A stretch of 64,000 bases of DNA, taken from positions 19,904,001 to 19,968,000 of the forward strand of contig NC_087437.1 of assembly GCF_036321535.1 (NCBI RefSeq), given 5' to 3'. Made by a program: the position numbers and the translations under genes. The notes under the pieces are model-generated. The model made no database searches and was not told the DNA's origin. It saw nothing but the letters and a program-made list of their open reading frames with translations. Position 1 is the stretch's first letter. The number at the start of each line of letters is the position of its first letter. Source of the DNA: Camelus dromedarius. Its lineage: Eukaryota. Positions 13,535-26,672 of the stretch are shown in pieces.

Positions 13535-13945
13535 CTTGCATTGCACTAAACCATTTTTGTTCACGCAACAGGCTGCATGTTCGCCTGCCTCTGGGCCTTT
13601 GCGTGTGATTTTTTTTTTTTTTTTTTTTTTTTTTGTCTGAAACAACTTCCCTTTCTTTTGGGGCTGGATAACTCCTTGTCATCCTTGAAGAGTCATTTCA
13701 ACTTGCATCTTCCATGAATGAGGTTGTGAACCTCCAATTTTCCCCCAATTTCCTGCCCCTGCACCCTGCTGCTCCTTGTCCACTCCTTGGCAGTTTTGTC
13801 ATCTTGGAAGAATTGAGTTACGGCCTTGTTCCCTACACTGTGATTTCTTTTTAGATCAGAGGCTACATCTTTATTAAATGTCTGTAACCTGGCCTCCAGC
13901 AGAGCATCCAGCACGTGGTGTCACCTCAGGAAATGTTTATTCAGA
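13535..13945 (+). mobile_element. L2 3' end with internal poly(T)
   Basis: cctgcctctgggcctttgc...ataactcctt.tcatccttgaag...cagcacgtgg...ctcaggaaatgtttatt. Confidence 0.55.
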
Positions 13946-15797
13946 ACTCTTGACAGTCAGAAAGAAGCGTGAGTAGTTGGGAAGAGTTCAGGCTATGACA
14001 TGAGACAGCCTTGATTTCAGATTCCTTCCTGACCCACAGGAGCCGAGGAGGCATGAGGACATCCTCAGTGTCTCTGAGCTGAATGTCTCCTGATCCGTAT
14101 GAAAGAGAAAATGATTCCTAAAGACATGGGGTCTCTAGGAGAAATCCATGGCATGGGTCAGGTGCTCTGCACAGCAAATCCAGGCTGCACAGAGCATTTG
14201 CTGAAAGGATCATAGCTTCGCAAGGCAGTTCTCAGAGAGAAGCTCTCCAAATGGTTCCAGCAAGGCTGAATCACTGGAATAAGTACATAAGCTCCCAAGG
14301 AGCTACGTAGCGGAAATCTCTCTCACTGTCACAGCAGATGCTGATGTGTGTGTAACTTTGCTTTCCACTAGCCACTCTCCTACTCAAACAGCACCTTACC
14401 AGGGGCTGCCCCAGCCCCCAGCCCCCTAGCCGCAGAGCCCCGGTGGCAAATTCTGACACATTTTCAGCTTCGTCTGTGTGCTCTGTTCAGCCTTCTGCAG
14501 TTAAACAAGTTCCAGGCAAGATTCCAGGGCCTCTTCCAAACACAGGAGGGTTTCTTAGGTTCGAAGAATATAATTCCTGGAGCTGGCAGAATGATCTTTC
14601 TGACACATCCCACCCATGTGGGACAGATGGCATTACAGAACATTCTGTCCAATGAAAATCATTGCCCGTGAATGAGATTGCCCAGCCTTCATGACGGCCT
14701 GCCATTTCCAAACGCTTTTACGCAAGAAGCCTGCTTTGTTTCTAAGAATTGGTTGGAGGGACTTGGACATGTAATGCCAGAGTGCTTGGAGCCATACTGC
14801 AGACTCTGGGAAGACTTTTCCCCAGGACCCCCTGAGCCCACTGGTCACTTCCCTGTGAGGTATAATTCCCTGTGACCCCTGCTGGCTTAGAAAGCCTTTT
14901 GAAAAGAATATACCAAGGAACACAGAATCCATGACAGAAGAGAAAATAAACAAAACTGGAGACAAGTAGAATGCAATAAGTTCAACTAAGCATATAATAA
15001 CTTACAATAGCTGGGCTGCCCTAAAGTTGCTGAACGCACTAAGGGAGGAGGAATTTAACTGTCATTAAAATGCAATGTGCAACACAGGTTGTTTTTATTA
15101 GGAAAAGCGTATTGTAGAAATTGCAAAAGCTCAGCAAAGCGTTGAAAAGGACGAGATAGCTCAGACAAGGCAAGAAGTTGAGCCCCAGCGCCCAGGGAAA
15201 TGAAATGAAAGGGTTTCGTGGAGTAGGCAGTGCTGCCGAGACAAATGGAGAGTACTTCTCCTCCTCAGAGTTTCCTTGAGGTTTTGCTAAATAAAGGGGG
15301 TGGGTCATTCAGAGGAAGTGCAATTGGGGGAAACGAAAATTCGAAAGGAATTGCATTGCACCTTCAAAGTGGCAAAAGAAATCTAGGAGACATTTCACTG
15401 GCAGCACACAGAAGAAAATGTCTTAATCCAAAAGAGTAGTGGTGCTGGGAATAAATGAGTTTCTGTGTGCTGGGAGGGACCAGAGAGGGAGATGTGGCTA
15501 GTCAGTTGGGATGATTTTACATCAGTCTGGAATCTGAGACTTTAACCACAGTGCCAGCATCCTCTTCCATCTCCTCCATCCCTCCAGCAATTGGGCCACC
15601 TGGGAATGCAGCCCCCTTTGCCAAACAAGTCCTCAGCCACCTATGCACTTACTGATCAACACTTACTTAGTACCTACTGTGTGCCAGGCTCTGTTTCAGG
15701 TGCTGCATGAATAGAGACAAGGTAAGCACATGGCCCTATGAAAGGAGCTTGTTGACTGGAATCTGATGGGTGAAGTCATGATTGAATGAGCTACTGG

Positions 15798-15825
15798 ACA
15801 GATAGATGGATGGATGGATGGATGA
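15798..15825. repeat. Short (GATA)/(GGAT)n microsatellite
   Basis: acagatagatggatggatggatggatga. Confidence 0.8.
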
Positions 15826-15904
15826 GTGAGGGCATCTGGATGCTCCCCTCCCTAGCAGAGGCCACAGTCTAATAGATGGAAACAAGGAAGTCAAAAAGAC
15901 TATT

Positions 15905-16241
15905 AAACAAGCAATTCTCCTAGGAAGACATACAAATGATCAATAGACACATGAAAAAAATGCTCAATATCACTAATTATCAGAGAAATGCAAATCAGAA
16001 CTACAATGAGGTATCACCTCACACCAGTCAGAATGGCCATCATTCAAAAGTCCACAAATGACAAATCCTGGAGAGGCTGTGGAGAAAAGGGAGCCCTCCT
16101 ACACTGCTGGTGGGAATGCAGTTTGGTGCAGCCACTGTGGAAAACAGTATGGAGATTCCTCAAAAGACTAGGAATAGACTTACCGTATGACCTGGGAATC
16201 CCGCTCCTGGGCATATATCCAGAAGGAACCCTACTTCAAAA
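15905..16241 (+). mobile_element. L1 ORF2 C-terminal (Cys-rich) fragment
   Basis: ORF 15988.. reads [21 protein letters not shown]...[43 protein letters not shown], the well-known L1 ORF2p C-terminal region. Similarity ends near 16241. Confidence 0.92.
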
Positions 16242-18093
16242 TTCTGTATACTCAAATAGGAGTCTGGAAAGGACCAGTAGGTGCCCTGGAGAAGGGGTTA
16301 CTCACCCTGGGAAATCGATGTTCCAGAGGAGGGTGGAAGGAGTCCTGAAGGCAAAGCCTTCAAAGAAGACCCTCCTGTCTCAGGGCCACCTGGTTCCTTG
16401 CCTGTAGTCACAAATGCAGACCCCCCCCTCCTTTTAGAGAGCCATCACATCCAGGAACGGTTCAGCTTCTCCAAGGGATCCTTGGCCCAATTGCTTGCAT
16501 GGTTTGCCCCTTGCCCACTCATGCAGTCTGTTTCTGGCCACTCTGGCCAACCCACTGCATCCAGCCTTTGGTCAAGGACCCTCCCCCATGTCTGGTCCCT
16601 AGGATTGACCCAGACTTCCCGTGGATGTGACAAGGGCTCCTGCAGCAAGTGGGTGGCTTGGTCCCTTTGAAATCATCCTGTGTTAGGGGCAGTAAATGTA
16701 GCTCATTCTAGAATCATCTAGGACTTGTAAAGAGGATCATATTAGAAACAAACAGATGACTGAGAAAGGACAAGGCTAAAGAGAGGTGGAGAACCCACTA
16801 CACTGCTCACCTTACTGCCCACGGTGGGCCCTGAGCTACCTCTGAGGGACCCCGGGGCTGCCTGGGACCTTATGAGGATCACGTAGGGTCTGCTTCTTCT
16901 AGCTGGAGGCTAGGTAGGAGGGTAAAGACAATGAGTGTTGTCACAAGTCACCAAGGAGAGCTGAGAGAACTCTCTCTTGCTTAGCTGGAGAGGTGTGGGT
17001 GGACCTCCCCCTTTTTCTTAAAGCCTTTAATTACTAACAACTTTGAGTGGGATTTGTTACAGTGGTTCTTTGTGTTCAACCTCTTTTTGTTCAAAGTCAT
17101 TATTCACTGTGGTTAGTCTGGATATTTGAGACAGCCCGGCCTGGCATATTCCCCATCGTGACAATTTATAAATGTTCATGCTGATTAGAACTTTTATTTT
17201 TCATAATGACCCTCTAATGTAATGATAATGCAAGTAATAGTCCATATCTAATGGCTTCTTGTCCAAAGACTGAGGGAATTCATTTAATACACTTAGTGCC
17301 AAACTCCTAAAAGAAAACTATTTAAGCTGTTGCCTTCACTTACGCATTTTTATGAATCTCTGGATAATAAAAGGGAATGGCTTGTCTGGAAAGTTGGAAG
17401 AAAAGAAAGATGTTCAGGTCACTTGCGATGGCATTTTTGATTGTCTACACACGGTTTCTTTATCACAGAACTGCTAAGAAACATCAAGTTCTAGGCCAAG
17501 GGCAGGATGGGGAGATGCTGAGCCAGAAGCCGGGGGGTTTGCATCACCCGGGTCTGTGTCAGGTGCCATGGGGACTGTGTCAGGCCATAGGACTCTTGGT
17601 GGCCCCTAAGCAGGCCATGGGTGCAGCTGGTTGCTGGTGGGCAGGGGTTTATTGTGAGAGAGAAGCTAGAGTACCAAGCTAGAGAGAGGACAGCCTATGG
17701 AACCGTTGAACAATCCTAAAAGACTGGGACCTCTGCTCAGGGAGCCCAACTGAGAAAAATGGAGATGCTCCCTAGGCTGCCCCGCACACCATCAACCTCT
17801 TCTCTTATCCTGAGCCCTTCACCCGAGTGATGCCCACTCCTGGCTTCCCTCCTTCCCATCTGCGTTCTCTTGTGTGTGTGCCCCGACACCTGCTCTCAGT
17901 GATACCTCGAGGGTGAATGAGTGTAGCTCATGGGTCCCCTCTCCCAGGGGTGCATTAGCTTTGACTGTGCAATGAAAGACTATGGGTGCAGGAAAATGGA
18001 TTTCAGGTTGGAAGAGAGCTTGGTCTGAGGAAGCTTTCGTATCACTGAAATCATCTCAAGGATAGGGGGATGCCTCCCACTTCACCCGTAAGT

Positions 18094-18277
18094 AAGGTTA
18101 ACAGGTCAAATACTGGGCAAAGTTAATTTGAATGTTAGATAAAAAGCAAATGGCTTTTTAGTAGAAGCGTGTCCCAGATATTTCATGGACATACTGATGC
18201 TAAACCAATTGTTTGTTATCTATCTGAAACTCAAACTTAACTGGGCTTCCTGTATTTTTCTTTAAGTTGGACAACCT
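18094..18277. mobile_element. MER53 palindromic hAT-derived MITE
   Basis: Self-complementary arms (agttaatttgaatgttagata 18121-18141 versus tatctgaaactcaaacttaact 18221-18242) around a gtcc...ggac centre; matches the recalled MER53 layout. Confidence 0.78.
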
Positions 18278-18717
18278 CACCCATGAGTCCAGGTCTTGGT
18301 ACCGACTTCTGGGGTCCTGAATGTGGCTTAGATGAGACCCCGTCCCCACAACAGAGGTACAGATGAGCAGACATGGTGGTCCGCTCCACGTATGTCTGGA
18401 CTGACTTGAATGTACTGCTTCTGCTTCTGTCCTCCTGGTTATTTCAGTGAGGAGGCTATACTAATGGTCCACTGTATGCCCAGGCTGGCATAGGGGAGGG
18501 GGCGTACTTTGAGCCCCTACCCACTTGTTAGGGAGGAATGAACATTGCACGGTAACAGAAGCATAAGCTGTGAAATCAGAACTGAGTTCAAATCCAACTG
18601 TAGAACTTTGGTCAAGAGATATTCTCTCTATGCCTCAGCTTCTCATCTGTAAAATGGATGTGATATCTACTTCTTGAGTTGTTGTGGATTTCCAAGGTGA
18701 GACATGGAACACAGCTG

Positions 18718-19143
18718 TGTGGTGAACCCTGAGATGTTCCACTCAGATCCCCCTTCAGTAAAGTACTTGTTACCCCAGGTGCTGGGAGAACCGTTGGGAG
18801 AAATAGCTGTCAGCAGTCAGCCCCTTCAGGCCCTGCCTCAGCTGTAAAGAGTCACATTGCCCGAAGTTAAATCCCTCCCTGGGGTGGCTCCCATCCAGTG
18901 CCTGATGAATGCAAGAGAGTGAAGGCCTGTCCATCTCAGCTCAACCCAAGACAGTGGGGAAAGGGCCATTCACATTCTAAAGCATTGCCAGGGCTCATGG
19001 GCCCTGCTAACTTCTCCCTCTGCCCTTCTTCCTTCTGTTTTTTCTCATCCACAGCTGTGATCCCAGGGCCACACCGAACAAAACATCCTGCACACTAAAA
19101 CTCTGCCTTAGTGTCTGCTTCCCAGGGAGCCCCACCTGCCACA
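18718..19143 (+). mobile_element. ERVL solo LTR, LTR16 family
   Basis: TG...CA ends; ccactcagatccccttc, ctgcctcagctg.a.agagtcac, and terminal aacatcctgcacactaaa.ctc.gccttagtgtctgcttcccaggga.cccacctgccaca. Confidence 0.7.
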
Positions 19144-21954
19144 ACCTGGTACAGTTCCTGGCACATAGGATAGCTGCTCCACCCGTGGAAAACCTTGATG
19201 ACAACCAAAGAATGGCAACAGCAGAGTCAAATGCACAACACTGACCTAGCTTTACATGGTGGCTCCTGCACCTTAGAAAGGGCTTCCTTGCTTGCAGTGA
19301 TGTCATGACATTAGACTGTGATCCACACAAGGTCCATGCCTGCCCCTGTGCCTCTCTTGGTGGCTGACATGGGCCTGGAAACAGAGCAGGTGCTCAAAAA
19401 ATGCTTCAGCAACATTTAGCTGCTTGACCTCAGAAGATCAGATGGAACGACAAACTTCTAGAGGACAGTCATTTACAGATTTAAGTAGCTTCAGGAGGGT
19501 TCTCTTCTAAGTGTGTGTGGAAGAGACACATGAGTGGTTGCAGCAGGAAAGTGTGGAGCTTGGGGAGACTCTTGGTCCATGAAATAAGGTCATGTAGGAA
19601 GAGTCATGGATCCCCCAGAGACCCTGGGAATGGGTGGGAGAGAAGCTCTGGGCTCAGGCAGGGCTGGAGTGAGGGCAGGGCTGGAGGGAGAACAGGTCTC
19701 ACCCAGGAAATGGGAAGTAGCTCAGGGTGTCAGAGGCAAGTGGAGATCACAATGAGAGGCTCGTGTGCCAGGCTAGGGAGTGTGATCCTAGAAGGAAGGG
19801 ACAGGGGTGGTGTGATCCAACCTGAATTTTACAGGCCACCCTGTCTGCAGTAGAGAGGATGCCTTGGTGGGTACAACACGAGAGACAGTTGTAACACTCC
19901 AGGGCAGTGGCCTGCAGTGGGGATGGAAAGCAGACACAGGAGATGTTTCTATGAGGGTCGTTCTATACAATATATATGGTAAAAGTGTACTAACAGATGA
20001 GATAGAAGGGAGACGTGGAGGTGGATACCCAGGTTTTTGACCTTCCTTCATCTCTCTGTCTAACCAGCTTATCATGCAAGACCCAGCTGTGGTCCAGCCC
20101 TGACCTCCTGAAGGTCATTATCGACCTCCCCTTCCTCTGAAGTTCCTACAAAATTACATCTGAGCTACCCAATCACAGCGTTAGAATTCTGAATCCTGTT
20201 CTCATTTTCTTATGTTACTGGGAGCTTCTCCCAGCAGAGGCCGTCCCTTGTCTTCCTCTGCACACACACTTCCTTGTCTCTTTGTAGTTCCTTCTCAAAT
20301 GGACCACGCTGTGCCTCTCTCCGAGTTTTTCCCCATGCATTTCTCTCTCCTGGGAACATTCTTCAGTCTCTCTCAGCTGTCAGGTCCCAGCTCACCTGTC
20401 ACTTTTGAAGACTGGTCCCTCCAACAGCCTCAGAAAGGTCATCCTCATAGGACCTCACACTTCCCCGTCTCAGCACTGGTCCCACTTTAATAACCAGTGT
20501 GATTGCTTAGTGCTGTACCTCCAACACCTAGCATCATTCCTCCCACTTACAAGTGACTCTATTAAATACACATTTATTGAATAAAACCGTTGCTAGTGGG
20601 ATTACACGGTATGCACGGGCCATTGGTGTTAACATTCCATTAGTCCGGCCCCGTGTGTGGGTGGAAGCCCTTTTGAAAGTTATTTTCAGGGAGATGAAAC
20701 TCCTGTCCCTTTCAACCCCCAGGATGAAGCAGCCCTCACATCATAAGGCTACGCTTTACAGCTAGTTCCCTTCCCTTGCGTTGTGGGAAATCCCGTTTTC
20801 TCCTGCTCCATGCTCAGTGGAGTTGGAGACAATCTGCATATCCATCCAAGCATAAATGCTTCACGAATCCAAGAGATACTAAAAGAGAGCCTGGCATGTC
20901 CAAACCCTAGAGACAGGCCCTGGGGCCAAGGACTGGCCTCCCGGACACTGACTTCAACTCGAATGTTCCCCAAGAAGCCTGACCCACCTGTGACCGGGGC
21001 CGCACTGGCTGCGGAGCTTGGGAGCCTGCCTGGTGTGCACGGCGTCTCCCAGAGCTTGGTTTGGGAGGGTTTCAGAGTTGCGTGCCAGGACATGGTGTGA
21101 GGCTTGTTAGACTCCTGTAGAGGAGACGACGTTTCAGCCTCCACTGTTGAAAGCGGTTCCTGGCACTCTGGTACCTGCATGGCTCCTCTCAGCTTTAAAT
21201 CTGGACCCTGTTGCTCAGACCGTGCAGACAGAGGCTGCTTTATAGAGATGTAGGGGTGGAGGAGCAGGTGCACCCATTGGCACAGGGACGACAAGGGGCT
21301 GCCAGGCAGTTACAATCTAAAGTCATGCTCCTCAGAAGCGGGGGAGTGCTCTGCCCTTGATTGTGTCACTCCTCAGAGCTGGCGCCACCTACCTGTGGTG
21401 GGAATGTGGCCAGAGCTCTGGCTGGGGGCTTTGGCATGCTGCTCAGCCATAGGGCGGAGCAGGGCTGCCCCTTCGGTGATGGGGCGAGCCCTGCTCAGTG
21501 GTCTCCGTCAGCTCAAGCAGTGGGTGCTGTGGAAAGAGCTATGAGGGCTGGTGCACCCCAGTGTTTGGGGGTCAGGGTTAAAAAGGAAATCAAGGCACAG
21601 GTGAATCAAAGAAGCCATTCTTAAAAATCGTCACCTTGCCCCTGCTCTCCTTCTCTGAGAGCTCCATCCTTTTGAAGTTAAAAGGCCTTAGGGGCTCTGA
21701 GATTCTCTTTGGATGAAAATGAGAAACTTGACATAGAAAGAGTCTGAGCATCATTCACCTTGGCTGCCCGGGGGGCAGTGGGGAGGCCGAGCAGGGGGCT
21801 GCGATGGCAGCCCGGGGAGGGGAGCAAGAGCAGCGTCTGGGAGTGAGGCTTCCAGAGGAAGCTGAGCTGAGCCAGGAAAGGGCTCTAAAAGAGGGGCCGA
21901 ATGCCAGAGAGACACTTCCCTGAGCTCGCTCACAGTCACGTTGGGTGCCAGCCC

Positions 21955-22830
21955 ACTCACTGATTGAACATGTATGTGTTATGGGTGCCTACCATGGGCC
22001 TGGCACTGTCTCAGCCCTGGAGAAATGGTGACGGACAGAACAGACAGGGCTTCCATTTGGAGGAGCCAGAGACACAATTACTGAGTCAAGACTTACGAAA
22101 GGTCATTTCGGGTGTGATCACTGTGATGAAAAGAAGAGAAGCTGGGTTATGGGGGCAGGGAGAGTTGAGATGAGGTCTTCAAGAAAGGGATCTGAAGTCT
22201 GAGCCGAGGGTCGAGTGATGAGAAGCAAGTAGTCATGCCACAGGGGAAAGGCATTCCACACAGTGGAACAGTTAGTGCGAGGACCTCAGGTAGGACTCAG
22301 TTCGGTGAATTTGAGGAATAAAAAGGAAACCAGTGTGACTGGGGCATGGGGGATGGAAGTGGTGGGAGATGAGTCAGGAGGGGGCCTTATAGACTATGAG
22401 AAGAAATTTGAACTTTATTCTAAGCATGGCGGGCCACCTTGAGAGGGTCTAAGCAGAAATGGCCACCGCCAGCTTTATGATCAGATTTTGTTTTTGAAAC
22501 CATCACTCCAGAAGCTCTGTGGAAAAGGGATTGTAGGAGAAAACAGTAAGGCAATTTTGAGGGTTCTTCCAAGGGTTCAGGCAAGAGATGGTATTGGCTG
22601 GAGGTAGGATGTTGGCAGGTGGAAGGCAGCTGCATTCTACTCTGTTGATGTAGAAATGACAGAAGCTGTGATGGATTGTGTGGATGGGAAAGGACTGTTG
22701 GTTTGGAAAAAGCAGGAATCAAGCTGCCTCCTGAGGTTTTTGCTTCAGCAGTAATATTGGTGCCGTTTTCTGAGATGGTGCCCTTGAGGTGAGGAGCAAG
22801 TCCAGGGAGGAAATCCAAAGTTGCTTCCTG
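21955..22830 (-). mobile_element. L2 fragment
   Basis: tgcctaccatgggcctggcactgt...gaatttgaggaata...gggccttatagac...tttgaactttattctaag...gatcagattt.gttttt.aaaccatcactc. Confidence 0.7.
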
Positions 22831-24959
22831 TTCCCAAGTGGCAGGCAGAGGTGAGCGTTCCCTGAGCATTTGAATGGGGATGGAAGGTTATACCCGGTCA
22901 GGGACTCATCTTTAAAAAAAGAGCAGGTAATTCAGATTCAAACACTGAACATCCTTGCCCTTCTTTCTCACAAAGCCAGGGGCTGGGACTTGAAACATCT
23001 GGGCTCGGAGACCATACGTTCCACGGGCTGTTCCTGTGGAGTATGGGGGTCCTGGGGGCACCAAGGCAGACTCGCTCCTGGGGGACAGGGGACTGCTCTG
23101 ACTGCTGACTTGAGTTTGAGGAGGCCTGAGGGCTTTGGCTTTGTAGAGACCCACGTGGACTGCATGACAGTTTGAAGCTTTTTTACCCAACCTTTTCTTT
23201 CTCTCTCCTGGAATTACATTTGCACCAAGGTCTAATCTGCATTTTCCCTTGTAAAATTCTTGCACGTTTAATCCCAGCCTGGGTCTTGTTATCTGCTTCT
23301 TGAAGAACCTGGGCTAGCACACCTTGCTAACCTCAAAGGGACAAAGGCTATATTAATCCTACCAGATGCCAGCGGGACAGCAGGGGAGGTCTTGCCCATG
23401 CCCTTTGTGATGTGGATTGAATTCTTGGAAATGCACAATGGGAGGAGGCATCACTGTTGAGAAATTCAATCCTCATTTAAAAAAAAAGAAATGAGAAAAT
23501 GATACTGAGAATTAACATGTAACAGTTTTTGTAAATATCTCCACTTTCACTAATATGCAGCGCACCAAATAATACACTATCAATAGCACGGTACCCATCT
23601 TAAATTTAATGTAATGAGCTCTGCACAATTAATTCCATTTATCTTTCTGTGCTCATAAGAATCTTTTAGACTTTCCCAACCCTAAATCAGTTAATTGCTA
23701 GTACATTTGTGTGCTCTGTTACAGATAATATGCATGTCTTGTTCCCCACCAAATGTCCTGTGACAATCTGATTCCATGAGTCAGGAGGCACTTTTCCTCC
23801 TGGGACCTTTTCAGTTCCATGGAAATCCATGGAATTCTCTTTCCAGGCTGAATGGTTTCAGGCAGGTGTTTATCTCCTGCCAGTTTCCTTTATCTGTTTC
23901 CTTTATCTATCTGTCCATCCATCCTCTTCTTTTTATTCCTTTGTTTCTTCCTTGTTCAGTAATCCCCAGAAGTAGTGTTAGTATATGTGGAGACCAACAT
24001 TCTCTTGATCAACCAGAGTTATTCAGAAGTAAATGTGTCCAAACCAGAAATCGGTTAAGAGAATTTATATTTGGGGAGGATTCACTCTATATAGGTCTTT
24101 ACAGATCATTGACACAAGCAATAAGAGCATATTTATTCACTGATCTTCTAACCACACTTGTTGAGCACCTGCCACGTGCCAGGCTCCAGAGTGCTTAGAT
24201 TGTCAGATCAGGGATCCCATGCATTTGGCAGTGGAGTGGGGGAAGGATGCCTAATGCACTGACTCTTCCAGCTGCCAAATACCTGTTCTATTTACCTCTA
24301 GGAGAAATTGATCCCTTAAGCATGGATTTACCCTCTAAAATTGTCAAGATCATGATTCCTCTGTTGAGATACAATAGTTGCCTGCCAAACACTCAGAAAA
24401 TTCCGAGTCCAGATTTATTTCAGAAATTCATCACGATGCTTTTAACCTCTGGTGCCTTTTGCAGGAATGATTTATGAAGTTTGTTTCTTTTTATGGCGTT
24501 TCCTCCAACCAGGTTGCAAGTGATATAAGGAGTGTGATTTCAGACGATTATTCTCTTGACAGCGTGCACTCAAGTTCCTACAGCATGAGAGGATGCTCCT
24601 CTTCCTTTTTCCAGAAAAGTCACAGGCCCTGTTACCTATATGCTAACACAACAATTGGTGTGCTGGCTACTCGGTCAACCAGCAGCTTTTCTGTCACAAC
24701 CAGAACCAGAGAAAGGGCTGATCTTCTCACTGCGTTGATGGACTTCCCCCAACTGAGCTGAAGCTAAGCATTGATTCTGTGAGCCTGGCCTTGACGACTT
24801 CAGACATCCTTTCTTTTCTCCCTCAGCTCTGCCTCTCTGTTCTCTCTCCACTCTGTTCCTCTGCTTGCACCTTTTCTCTTTATTCCTATATGAATAGAGC
24901 GTACTATAGTTCTTTGCCAGGTCACACAGCAAACTTTTCCGTCTCAAAACAATTTACCG

Positions 24960-25408
24960 CCCTTAAATATTGTTAGTGACCTCTGAGCTTTTGTTTTTGT
25001 GGATAATATCTATTGCCATTTATTGCATTAATGACAAAATCTAATATATATTTATTAATTCAGTGAAGAATAATAAGAAATCTGTCACATATTGACAAAA
25101 ATAACATACTTTTTAATTAAAAATAACTATGGTATCCAAAATTTTAAAATAATGAGGAGAGTGCCATTGTTTTACATTTTTGCAAATGTCTGGCTTAATA
25201 GAAGACAGCTGAATTCTCATGTCTGTTTCTGGAGTCAGTCTATGGTGGTACCTCTCATATAGCCTCGGGAAAACTCCTCTAGAGAGAATGAGAACCAAGA
25301 AAGCAGAGTATCTTAGTACTTTCATGAAAATAAGTTTGACCTTGTGAAACTCTCAAAGGGTCTCAGGGACTCCAGAGGGTTCCTGGGACATACTTTGAGA
25401 GCTGTTGT
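24960..25408. mobile_element. hAT-Charlie (Charlie1-like) DNA transposon end
   Basis: gccattgttttacatttttgcaaatgtctggcttaatagaagacagctg.attctcat and terminal aagggtctcagggac...catactttgagagctg. Confidence 0.65.
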
Positions 25409-26227
25409 GCTAGGGTTAGAGATACAGGCATGAAAGACGCGGCATCTTTGCCCACCATCTGATAATGAAAAGACTGAAAAGATATGTACGGCCCAGTTTT
25501 GTCCTTGATGGGCTAAGGATAGGCAGGGGGCTGTGGGAGGACAAGGAGAGAGACCTGATTCAGCCCAGGGGATGTCTTTAGGGGAGGGGAGGAAGGAGGG
25601 TTGGAGAAGGCTTCCCTGAGTCAGTGGTGCCTAAGCTGAGCTGAGCGGAGCAGGTGGGGGTGCAGTCAATTCCATTTGAATGGAAATGGAACCGTCTTGT
25701 CTGATACCCTGATACTCAGGGCTGATCAGGAGGGTGATGCCGGGTATTCGGATTACAGCTTTATTATGATTGTGTGTTTGGTGCTAGTGGAGGGGAGGCT
25801 TTCCTTGCCTACCCTCTACCTCTGATATCCCACAACCTCCCAAGAAGAAGCCAGAGCTGGAGAAATGCAGAAAGCAGTCCATATAAATAAGAAGTGAAAT
25901 TGGCCTGCCAGTGCTTTCTTCTCGAAGCCTTAAGAAGCAGGTGAGCCTTTTGCAGTGAATTTACTGTAAACCAGATAATTGCCACTCATTGTTCTGTACA
26001 TCTGGGGATCTAAGGCATGAAATGGAATTTGCAATAAAAATGTATCGTGCATTTGCTACCCTGTCAAACAAAGTTGATAGCAAAAGCCACGAAGGCTTTA
26101 TTTCTTAGTTTGCCAGTAAAGAAACAAAAGCTTGGTGTTTCTGTCTGAAGTTAAAAGGAATTCATACTGTCACATCCAATCTTCTCACTCATTTTGAATA
26201 TAGCATTTAAAAAAATTCTCCAGTGAG

Positions 26228-26672
26228 TGTGATGGTTAGTTTTATGTGTCCGTTTATCTAGGTTGTAGTATCTAGTTATTCAACACTAATCTAGGTATTG
26301 CTGTGAAGGCATTTTGGAGATGTGGTTAACATCTGCAGGCGGCTGACTTTAGGTAAGGGAGATTACCCTCAATAATGTGAGTGGGCTTCACCCAATCAGT
26401 TGAAAGGTTTTAATAAAGAGCAAAAGGGAGTTTTCCCAGAAAAGAAGAAATTCTACCTCAAGACTGCAGCATCAAACTCCTTCCTGAGCTTCCAAATTGC
26501 AGGGCTGCCCTACAGATTTCAGATTAGCCAGCCCTCACAATGGTGTGAGCCAATTCCTTTTATATATATTTACAGACACACACACATATATACATACATA
26601 TATGTCCATGTCTATGTCTATGTCTGTGTCTCTCTCCTTTGGTTCTGTTCCCCTTGAGAACTCTGACTGTTC
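26228..26672 (+). mobile_element. ERVL solo LTR, MLT2 family (MLT2D-like)
   Basis: Starts tgtgatggttagttttatgtgtc; contains aacactaatctaggt.ttgctgtgaagg, ggagattaccctc.ataatgtg.gtggg and gtgtgagccaattcctt; ends ggttctgtt...gagaactctgact. Confidence 0.82.

Noticed and set aside
15988..16407. 139-aa ORF as a novel or domesticated gene
   Set aside because: The first ~85 aa are L1 ORF2p; the rest is chance read-through into flanking DNA.
20749..21294. 181-aa minus-strand ORF in a mildly CpG/GC-enriched patch
   Set aside because: No recognisable homology and a non-ATG start. The patch is not dense enough to call a CpG island by eye.
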